A DNA stretch of 64,000 bases, taken from a virus. The DNA lies in the IMG/VR virus record IMGVR_UViG_3300022602_002120, positions 32,001 to 96,000 of that record. One strand, given 5' to 3'. A model generated the notes under the pieces. The model was not told the DNA's origin, did no database searches, and saw nothing but the letters and a program-made list of their open reading frames with translations. This document shows positions 10,277-17,454 of the stretch, in pieces (positions within the stretch are counted from its first letter, which is position 1; the number at the start of each line of letters is the position of its first letter). A program made the translations under genes and the position numbers.

Positions 10277-10582
10277 TTAGATTCCTACGTAGTTTACTGT
10301 TGCACTAATTGAACCACCCGAGTTAGCTCTAATATAATCACCGCTAGCTAAAACTAATTTTTCTTTGTCAACAACATAGGTATCTGACGGAGCAATTTGA
10401 ATTTCTTTATATACAATGTTAGCTGTAGTGCTATATGGAGCTCCATTACCAGTAACCCAAACGTTCAAGTTAGCTGCACCTGATCCCCAATTACAAAAAT
10501 ACATAGTTGAAATAACTGTATTGCCTGTACTTGCATAGATATTACTTGTTGCTAGTGTAAGTGTTGTGCTAATTAATGCCAT
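10277..10582 (-). CDS. Small beta-rich structural protein (101 aa)
   Basis: Tightly packed ORF in the structural operon; KLVLASGDYIRA motif; function not recognised. Confidence 0.6.
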   Translation of the reverse strand: MALISTTLTLATSNIYASTGNTVISTMYFCNWGSGAANLNVWVTGNGAPYSTTANIVYKEIQIAPSDTYVVDKEKLVLASGDYIRANSGGSISATVNYVGI

Positions 10583-10592
10583 TTAATAAATC

Positions 10593-11234
10593 CTATAAGA
10601 ATAACGAAAAGCCAAATGCTCTACGTTTTGTAACTAATTCTTCGTTACTAGATGCTGTACCTGTTACATATATCCCTGTTTGACCTGCGCCTTCGGCAGC
10701 GGCATTAACTACAGTACTACCTAATGCTGATGTGTATGTAACATTAGCATACTTCATTTGTAGCGCACCTTGCAAAGTGATATAAGAAGTTGCTGTAACG
10801 TTGGCATATATAGTATAACCGTTAACATTTAGGTTAGCACCTAATACAGGCGCTTTATCGTCAAATACTGTAGTTAAACCAGTGCCAGATGTTGTTATAT
10901 TTGCAAAATTGCCACCAGTTTGGTCACTAACTTGCCAACTCTTTACTGTTTCATTCCATTGGAATTTAACATTTGGTAGTGTACCGCGATCAATAATAAC
11001 ACCAGAAGTAGTACCTAATGTACTAACACCTGCGCCAGTTTCGCCGTCATTCAATGTAATAAAGTTATCAGTGATACTTAAAACATTGCTTGAGATTTCT
11101 GCTGTGTTGCCACGAACGTATAAGTTACCAGTAATGTATACTGTATCAGTATCTAAGGTAATGTTACTAGTAACACCAGTTTTGAATGGTGTTTGTATAA
11201 CTAAATTACCATTGAGTTTTTTAACTGTAGCCAT
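10593..11234 (-). CDS. Virion structural protein (213 aa)
   Basis: ITDNFITLNDGETGAG..GVIIDRG..FQWNE motif related to the N-terminal VNDPLVVLNNG..GLIFNRG segment of the 1587-aa protein; upstream ATAAATA. Confidence 0.65.
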   Translation of the reverse strand: MATVKKLNGNLVIQTPFKTGVTSNITLDTDTVYITGNLYVRGNTAEISSNVLSITDNFITLNDGETGAGVSTLGTTSGVIIDRGTLPNVKFQWNETVKSWQVSDQTGGNFANITTSGTGLTTVFDDKAPVLGANLNVNGYTIYANVTATSYITLQGALQMKYANVTYTSALGSTVVNAAAEGAGQTGIYVTGTASSNEELVTKRRAFGFSLFL

Positions 11235-11253
11235 CTAAATATTCCGTTTACAT

Positions 11254-11260
11254 TATTTAT
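11254..11260 (-). promoter_or_regulatory. Late promoter motif ATAAATA
   Basis: tatttat 20 nt upstream of the 11234 start, just downstream of a terminator. Confidence 0.65.
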
Positions 11261-11279
11261 CACAAAAGTTAGAGATAAA

Positions 11280-11306
11280 AAAATAGCGGCTTAGAGCCGC
11301 TATTTT
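11280..11306. terminator. Intrinsic terminator, probably bidirectional
   Basis: aaaatagcggc-ttaga-gccgctatttt: 11-bp stem with A/T tracts on both sides, just after the 11320 stop. Confidence 0.85.
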
Positions 11307-11319
11307 CATTAACTAAAAA

Positions 11320-12228
11320 TTAGTTATTTGTTGCGATTTGAACTGATACACCATTAACTGGTGAGTTAGGACTTACTACCCATGCTACTTTCTGATCAAT
11401 AACAAATTGTACACCGTTAATTGGGTGTAAGGTTGCTGTACGATCACATAAGTGTTTAACATAGTAAGTATTACCATCGCTGTCTGTGGCTGTAATAGTC
11501 ATCCAACCTGCACCTAACGGACCACCGTTTGTAACTACTAAAGCATTACCTGTTAGTACGCAATTATCTGTACCATCAGCGTTAGTTACATTGTAACGAC
11601 GAGCACCTTTCTGTGCGTTGATGTCTGCTAATTTAGCAATAGTTCCGCTAGAAATCCAAGCATTGGCCGCAATAACGTTAGCTGTAACATCTGGTGTGTA
11701 TAATACCGCTGTTAATGCACCACCGTAACCTACGTCACCGAATGCAATAGTAGTACCTGCTAACGGTGCTGTGTTAGCACTTGACATAGTAACTACATTA
11801 GTACCGTATACGTTAATAGATGTAATAGTTGCCGAGGCACTGAACCCTACGTTAGCTACCATACCTAAGTATAAACCAGATGTAGTTGAAACAGTAACGT
11901 TGCCGTTAGCTGGATATACAGAAGTAGCAGTAACTACCACGTTAGATGGTTTAACAATTGAAATAGCCGGAGCCGTTACATAACCACTACCTGATGTAAT
12001 TACTGACGTTGTTGCAATAACCCCGTTAGCAAATTCAGTATCGCCAACAACCGCTGTAATACCACCAATTGGACTTGGTGCTACTGTGAAGCTAATACCT
12101 TGTGAATATGCTGTTCCTGGATTAGTAATAGTTACACTAGCTAGACCTTCGCCGCCTGCACCATCAAATACTTCGCCATCATTGACGTTACCAACGCCAA
12201 AATATTTTCTTTTAATTGGTCTTCCCAT
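11320..12228 (-). CDS. Putative head decoration/outer capsid protein, MGRPIK paralog 2 (302 aa)
   Basis: Lies downstream of the major capsid gene; starts MGRPIK like its neighbour; contains ITNPGTAY / ITSGSGYVTAPAISI fibre-type motifs. Role inferred from position. Confidence 0.55.
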   Translation of the reverse strand: MGRPIKRKYFGVGNVNDGEVFDGAGGEGLASVTITNPGTAYSQGISFTVAPSPIGGITAVVGDTEFANGVIATTSVITSGSGYVTAPAISIVKPSNVVVTATSVYPANGNVTVSTTSGLYLGMVANVGFSASATITSINVYGTNVVTMSSANTAPLAGTTIAFGDVGYGGALTAVLYTPDVTANVIAANAWISSGTIAKLADINAQKGARRYNVTNADGTDNCVLTGNALVVTNGGPLGAGWMTITATDSDGNTYYVKHLCDRTATLHPINGVQFVIDQKVAWVVSPNSPVNGVSVQIATNN

Positions 12229-12238
12229 GATATTCTCC

Positions 12239-12661
12239 TTAGTTTGTAGCTACGTTAGCCATTGTAGATGTAGCTGCAATTTGAATATCATAAGCCCAAC
12301 GATTGCCATTCCAGTCGACTACCCAGTGATCTTGTAATTCTTTAGCATAGAATTGTGTACCTGTGTAGTCATAACATATAACACTTGCTTGACCGGCTGC
12401 TAGATTACCAATGTCTGTGTTACGTAGATACACTGTAGTGTTAGCGTTAAAACTTGAGCTGTCGGCTACATCAAATCTGTGTTTACTACGTTGTTTGTAT
12501 GCAAAACCGTGTGCATGTGTTGTGCCTGTTGAGTCTGCATATTGGAAATCGATTGTGTATACGCCTGTTACTGCGTATGGTGCACCAATTGTACCACCAA
12601 TGCCACTAGCATATCCGATATCGTTTGTACTGCCTGATGTTAATTTAATAGGACGTCCCAT
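12239..12661 (-). CDS. Putative head decoration protein, MGRPIK paralog 1 (140 aa)
   Basis: Strong SD (AAGGAG), late promoter upstream; shares the N-terminus and core motifs with 11320..12228. Confidence 0.55.
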   Translation of the reverse strand: MGRPIKLTSGSTNDIGYASGIGGTIGAPYAVTGVYTIDFQYADSTGTTHAHGFAYKQRSKHRFDVADSSSFNANTTVYLRNTDIGNLAAGQASVICYDYTGTQFYAKELQDHWVVDWNGNRWAYDIQIAATSTMANVATN

Positions 12662-12682
12662 TTGTTTTTCTCCTTATGGTTG

Positions 12683-12737
12683 GCGTTCTAGGCCTACGCG
12701 GTGGGTGCCGCATAAACTCCCCTTACGGAGCGAACAC
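12683..12737 (-). ncRNA. Candidate structured 5' leader RNA (three-way junction)
   Basis: About 62% GC island. Minus-strand P1 GUGUUC/GAACGC, P2 CUCC-GUAA-GGGG, P3 UAUGCGG/CCGCGUA; lies between the late promoter and the SD. Confidence 0.55.
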
Positions 12738-12740
12738 ATA

Positions 12741-12747
12741 TATTTAT
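12741..12747 (-). promoter_or_regulatory. Late promoter motif ATAAATA
   Basis: tatttat immediately 5' of the structured leader. Confidence 0.7.
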
Positions 12748-12753
12748 CGTAGC

Positions 12754-12782
12754 TTGACTTTTAACAGCTTAGATAGTATAAT
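12754..12782 (+). promoter_or_regulatory. Host sigma70-type promoter TTGACT-N17-TATAAT
   Basis: TTGACT 12754-12759, 17-nt spacer, TATAAT 12777-12782; AAGGAG and ATG (12811) follow. Confidence 0.85.
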
Positions 12783-12810
12783 TACGGTTCATTTGTATAA
12801 GGAGTTTAAT

Positions 12811-13137
12811 ATGACTTGGTACAACGCAAAATACAAAGGTGTTAAGCCCGTTTTTAAGGGCGGTGCTACTAACTACAATACTATTAACGCTACTAAGAAA
12901 TATGTAGAATATTTTTTAGACATACAAGACATGAATGAATTACTTAGAACTACTAAAAGTTTTGATATTAAAATGGATTTGTTATATTGTTTAGATAAGG
13001 CAGAAAGTAAACGTGCGTGGAATTTTAGGCATCCTAACTTTTGTCAAAAGGATGCTAACGTACTGCTACAAGCTGTAAGAAATGTTAAACGCAAAGATGG
13101 CTATGATATAACAGAACGTTTTGAGTATTATGCTTAG
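12811..13137 (+). CDS. Hypothetical protein (108 aa), independently transcribed insert
   Basis: Start reassigned from 12676 to 12811 using the promoter and AAGGAG RBS; MTWYNAKYKG...; product not recognised. Confidence 0.75.
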   Translation: MTWYNAKYKGVKPVFKGGATNYNTINATKKYVEYFLDIQDMNELLRTTKSFDIKMDLLYCLDKAESKRAWNFRHPNFCQKDANVLLQAVRNVKRKDGYDITERFEYYA

Positions 13138-13141
13138 ATAA

Positions 13142-13169
13142 AAAAATAGCACCCGAAGGTGCTATTTTT
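13142..13169. terminator. Bidirectional intrinsic terminator (cUUCGg loop on the minus strand) ending the capsid operon
   Basis: aaaaatagcacc-cgaa-ggtgctattttt: 12-bp stem between converging genes. Confidence 0.9.
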
Positions 13170-13194
13170 ATTTTCATATCCTAAAGAATAAATC

Positions 13195-14364
13195 TTATTG
13201 GAATGATAGGTTGCTAATACCAATCGCTTCTAAGTAGTCAGCTGCATTACCTAGAGATGAAGCAGTATTTGTAAGCTCAGCATAACCATAACGTGTCATA
13301 AAGCCTACTACTGGTTCAAACGTATTTGGATCTAGAACAACACCAGAACTCATTAGAGGCACATATGGGCAATAGAACGCAGCTGCATCAGCTTCGCTAG
13401 AACCTTTGTAACCTACTAATACTGCTGTACCTGTTGCTGCAAATGAGTTAACATAGATCTTCATAGCATTGTTTAAAGTACCAACTAGTTTTGTGTTAGT
13501 TGGAGCTTCGAAAGTACCTTCTGTTGAACGAGCAAAAGCTGAAGTTGTAGCAGATTGTAGTACTGTTAATGCTTCTGGACTTACAACTGCCCAGTTAGCT
13601 GCACCGCGACGTGTACGTTGAGCGATCAAGTTTGCAGCGCGGTTAATTAAAACTGCTAGAGCTGCGTGCTCGTCACCTACGAATGTAGCTGTACCAGATA
13701 CTGTAGCTTGGTTGTAGTTGTATGTGTTACCTGAAAGTGCCATTAGAGATGCTAAAATCTCTTGGTCAATTTCAACTGTAATTTCTTGAGCCAAAGCTGC
13801 CATAATTTCAGCTTCAACATCTAAACCGTGCATACTTTGTGCATCTTGAGCTGCCTCAAATGTCCAACGTGCGCTTAATTTACGTGTTTTAGCTTCAACA
13901 ACTTGTTTCAAGATTTGTACGTTGATACGGTTACCAGGTACACCTTCAAGTGTTGATGTTGAAGCTGCTTTACCTGCTGTTGTACCAGAGTACGCTGTTG
14001 CAATCTTGAATGGACTTAATGCCTCATCACCACCGTTTGTGCTGTCGCCTGAAGTTGCAGTAACTTGATCAGCGTAACGAACACGTAGAGTGTGGATTTG
14101 AGCCACTGGGCCAGTCATTGGTTGTACACCAACGATTTCATTCGCAATAACTGTCGGCATTACACGACGAATTACTGGAAGAATAACGCGGTTTAATGTA
14201 GCTACGTTACCAACAGCAGTAGCGCCACTGGTTGCAGTTTCCATCAAGTGTTTCTTAGTATTTTCTAAGATAACAGCCATTGTAGTTCTTTTAGAACCTT
14301 GTAGACCTTCTAACAGGGCGTCTTTGGTCTCATTCCAACGGCCTTCTAATAGTTGGGTTGTCAT
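13195..14364 (-). CDS. gp23: Major capsid protein, T4 gp23 family
   Basis: VILPVIRRVMP..IVGVQPMTGP, KTRKLSARWTFEAAQD, EIDQEI, YCPYVPL and PVVGFMTRYG motifs; follows the scaffold and protease genes. Confidence 0.95.
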   Translation of the reverse strand: MTTQLLEGRWNETKDALLEGLQGSKRTTMAVILENTKKHLMETATSGATAVGNVATLNRVILPVIRRVMPTVIANEIVGVQPMTGPVAQIHTLRVRYADQVTATSGDSTNGGDEALSPFKIATAYSGTTAGKAASTSTLEGVPGNRINVQILKQVVEAKTRKLSARWTFEAAQDAQSMHGLDVEAEIMAALAQEITVEIDQEILASLMALSGNTYNYNQATVSGTATFVGDEHAALAVLINRAANLIAQRTRRGAANWAVVSPEALTVLQSATTSAFARSTEGTFEAPTNTKLVGTLNNAMKIYVNSFAATGTAVLVGYKGSSEADAAAFYCPYVPLMSSGVVLDPNTFEPVVGFMTRYGYAELTNTASSLGNAADYLEAIGISNLSFQ

Positions 14365-14393
14365 TTCTTATTTTCCTTAAAAAAAGTTTACTA

Positions 14394-15491
14394 CTATTTT
14401 AGCCCTGCTAAACGTTTGATATCAATGACATTGTCACCGTTTTCAATTACGTCAATTTTAGCAGATTTATCACCTGTCACTTCTTTACGACTTTCAGCAA
14501 TCATCACTTTCTCAGCTTTGACTGTTGGTGCGTTGTTTAGAACTGCTGGTAGATACTTATCGTATGCAGTTTGTAGTCTTTCTGTCTGCACACTCTCAAG
14601 AAGACTGATCATTACTTCAGCTTTCTCTTTGTTTAATGGTTTTAATAACTCTGTCATTTTCTCTTTACGAGCAATGCTTTCGTTAATAACTCGAACTTCA
14701 CGGTTCTTAGTTTCAACTAATGCTTCTTTTTCAGCAATAACTTGTTTGCTTTCAGCTAATTGACGTTCTTTCTTAGCTAATTGAGCTTGAAGTTTAGCAA
14801 ATTCTTTGTTCTCATTTAAGTGAGTAACAGCAAATTCTGCTGCGTATGCTTCAAATAAGCGACGACCGAACATGTTCTCACGAGCAGTTTGGATGTCTTC
14901 TTTTAGTTGAGCTAATTCTGACCCTAGGTTTTGTGCTACTGCTTCTTTAACAAGTTTAGAGCTACGTTTTACAAATGCTTGTTGTAATTCAGCTAATTTT
15001 GATTTAGCTTCAGCAACAAGTTTAACTTTTGTTTCAACTACAGCTTGTTTGTCTTGTTCAAACTCTTTGATCTCTTCAGCTAATGCACGGATAACAAATT
15101 TTTCTAACTTAGCAATGCTTTCGTTTTGAACTTTTTTATCTGTACGTAACTCTTTGATCTCTTCAGCTAATTTACCAACCATAAAGTCGTTAAATTTACC
15201 TGTGCTTTCAACCATTTGACGTTTAAATTTCACGCGGTCTTCTGCAAGAGCTTGTTTCTCATCGGCGAACTCTTTAAGTTCAGCGGTAAGACTTTCAGTA
15301 ACCATTTTGTCTAGAGCTTCAACCATTACAGCTTTGTCATGTGAATAGCGGTTTGCGAATTCTTCACGCAATTCAGCGCGAATCGTTTCACGTGCTTCAT
15401 TAATTTGACTTTCCCAAGCTTCTGTAATAGCAGTTTGGGTAGACTCATTAATAATGCCGCTTTCCAACAATGGTTTGATAGCGTCTAACAT
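14394..15491 (-). CDS. gp22: Prohead core scaffold protein, gp22-like
   Basis: Long E/K/A-rich coiled coil located between protease and capsid genes; many L/I-x-E motifs. Confidence 0.85.
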   Translation of the reverse strand: MLDAIKPLLESGIINESTQTAITEAWESQINEARETIRAELREEFANRYSHDKAVMVEALDKMVTESLTAELKEFADEKQALAEDRVKFKRQMVESTGKFNDFMVGKLAEEIKELRTDKKVQNESIAKLEKFVIRALAEEIKEFEQDKQAVVETKVKLVAEAKSKLAELQQAFVKRSSKLVKEAVAQNLGSELAQLKEDIQTARENMFGRRLFEAYAAEFAVTHLNENKEFAKLQAQLAKKERQLAESKQVIAEKEALVETKNREVRVINESIARKEKMTELLKPLNKEKAEVMISLLESVQTERLQTAYDKYLPAVLNNAPTVKAEKVMIAESRKEVTGDKSAKIDVIENGDNVIDIKRLAGLK

Positions 15492-15500
15492 TCTGATCTC

Positions 15501-16142
15501 CTATTTAATTTTAAGATCTTTGATTAAGCGTGTTACATGCTCTTTCAAATACTTTTGTACTTTTTGATCTGCACTGGCTTCACGTGCCATTTCGAATACC
15601 TTACTGCCACCACGCATATTCATCAGTCCTTCGTAAATCGCTGTTGGATACGCATTAGGTGCGCTTGGTTGTGCAACTACATCTACTGTGACTATTTCAA
15701 AGTCACTTACTTTGCCATCAGCCTCGTTAACGTTACCGCTACCGCGACTAGATACGCCTAGTTTCACACCTGACTCTAACATAGTCTGAACTAACTGACC
15801 CATTGGAGTAGGTAAAATCTTTAATTTGCCAAAGCCATTAGGTCCATCCATCCACATATCTGTAATCATGTGGCTTACACGGTCTAGGTTAATTTTCAAA
15901 TCATCAGGGTGATCTACTTCGCCTAAAACGCTGTAGCCACCCTTGATTTGTTCATTTAACGTAGAAACGGCTTTTTCAATTTCATTTACAGGGTACACAC
16001 GCTCATTGTGATTACGTACACCACCTTGAATGAATATACCTTTCATATAACAGTTCTTGCCTTTGCCGTCATGTGAATCCTCAGTAAGGATCTCCAATCT
16101 TGCCGCATCGTATGTTAAGTTTTCTTTAAGGTATAAAGCCAT
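15501..16142 (-). CDS. gp21: Prohead protease, gp21 family
   Basis: GIFIQG..NHNERVYP, LGEVDHP, RVSH, LGVSSRGSG and TVDVVAQPSAPNAY motifs. Confidence 0.95.
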   Translation of the reverse strand: MALYLKENLTYDAARLEILTEDSHDGKGKNCYMKGIFIQGGVRNHNERVYPVNEIEKAVSTLNEQIKGGYSVLGEVDHPDDLKINLDRVSHMITDMWMDGPNGFGKLKILPTPMGQLVQTMLESGVKLGVSSRGSGNVNEADGKVSDFEIVTVDVVAQPSAPNAYPTAIYEGLMNMRGGSKVFEMAREASADQKVQKYLKEHVTRLIKDLKIK

Positions 16143-16155
16143 TTTTGTTTCCTAA

Positions 16156-17082
16156 TTAAGCACGTGGTTTAAGTGTGCTTTGTTTGTTTACTGGACGACT
16201 ACCGTCATTACCAGCTAATTTACCTTCACCAGCGCCTTTCTTCTCAGCACCGTGGCCGCCGTCACCTTTACCGTCCCAAACTTTCTTGCTACCTGGTACG
16301 TTTTTGAATTGACCTGCGTGTGGTAAATCACCTTTCTTTTTAGCATTTGGATGTGGTGTTGTGCCATCTGGAGCAGTTTCTGCTTTACCAGTAGCAATGT
16401 TTTTGCCGCTAGCTGAACCGGCACCTAGTGGATTTTTACCTGCTACAATACCTTTATCATTAACTGTTGGTTTTTGGCTACGTGCACCTGTACCAGCTAA
16501 AGCACCTTCTGAATTACCAGGAGCTGCTACTTTTTCTACATATTCACGAACGATAGATTCATCCAAATCTTCGTCGTCTTCTTCGTCTTCGTCATCTTCT
16601 TCTTTTGACTCGTACATGCCTTCCATTTCATCTTCAGCACCAAATTCTTCTTCGTGGCCAAATTCTGGATCATCAATACCGTCATGATGTTCTGGCTCGT
16701 GAGCTTCATCAGCCATTAGTGCATCAAATTCAGCTTTAAGTTCGTCAAGTGCATCTTCAAGATCTAAAACGCGATCTTCGATTTCTGCTTCTTCGTGTTC
16801 TTCGCCGCCAAATTCTTCTTCACCGCCGAATTCACCTTCTGTGTCTTCATCGCTACCAAAGTCTTCATCTTCTTCTTCAGAAATGCCTTCTTCGTCTGAT
16901 GTAACTTCGTCAACTAAGTTTTCAACTTCGTTGCCGCCGATTGTTTCATCTAAATCTTCTTCTTCTACTAAGCTCTCATAGATGTCGCGAGATTTCTCAA
17001 CAACGATCTGATGGAATAATTCACGAGCTTTGTCATTTTCATCATTAATGATGAACTCAACTAACTGTTCGTATTTGTTCAT
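16156..17082 (-). CDS. Acidic prohead core/internal protein (position of gp67/gp68)
   Basis: Very D/E-rich N-terminal half and G/K-rich C-terminal half; lies between portal and protease; SD AAGGAG. Confidence 0.65.
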   Translation of the reverse strand: MNKYEQLVEFIINDENDKARELFHQIVVEKSRDIYESLVEEEDLDETIGGNEVENLVDEVTSDEEGISEEEDEDFGSDEDTEGEFGGEEEFGGEEHEEAEIEDRVLDLEDALDELKAEFDALMADEAHEPEHHDGIDDPEFGHEEEFGAEDEMEGMYESKEEDDEDEEDDEDLDESIVREYVEKVAAPGNSEGALAGTGARSQKPTVNDKGIVAGKNPLGAGSASGKNIATGKAETAPDGTTPHPNAKKKGDLPHAGQFKNVPGSKKVWDGKGDGGHGAEKKGAGEGKLAGNDGSRPVNKQSTLKPRA

Positions 17083-17209
17083 TATGAACTCCTTGTGATA
17101 ATATAAGTTTCGAAACTTACATCTGTATGATGTATTATGTTTATATATTTACAAAATTTATTAAAAAGTGGGGTTTTATGCTATGTTTTTGAGTCAAAAC
17201 GAGAGATAA

Positions 17210-17434
17210 CTACATTCCACCTTGTTCTTGCGGTGGTGCTTTGTATTGAATTTGCACAGCGTCAATCTTCTTTTCATGTTCTAATTTACGAATGTCATTC
17301 ATGATTCTTAGACGATTTAGCTGTTTTAAAGTTAATTTAGTCTTGCGGAGGTCTTTGAGTTTGATAACAGAATTGTCATCTTTCTCATCATAATATCCCG
17401 CAGGAGTAGGTTCAAGAATTTCAAATAGGTTCAT
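17210..17434 (-). CDS. Small hypothetical head-module protein (74 aa)
   Basis: Start moved to the ATG at 17434, 5 nt after TAAATA; DLRKTKLTLKQLNRLR motif. Confidence 0.7.
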   Translation of the reverse strand: MNLFEILEPTPAGYYDEKDDNSVIKLKDLRKTKLTLKQLNRLRIMNDIRKLEHEKKIDAVQIQYKAPPQEQGGM

Positions 17435-17454
17435 AACGTTATTTACCAAAAATA

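Noticed and set aside
12676-12810. Longer 153-aa start for the plus-strand ORF
   Set aside because: Would run through the leader RNA and both promoters; the promoter and SD support 12811.
16560-16990. GAA/GAC-rich simple-sequence repeats
   Set aside because: Explained by the poly-acidic protein sequence of the core protein.
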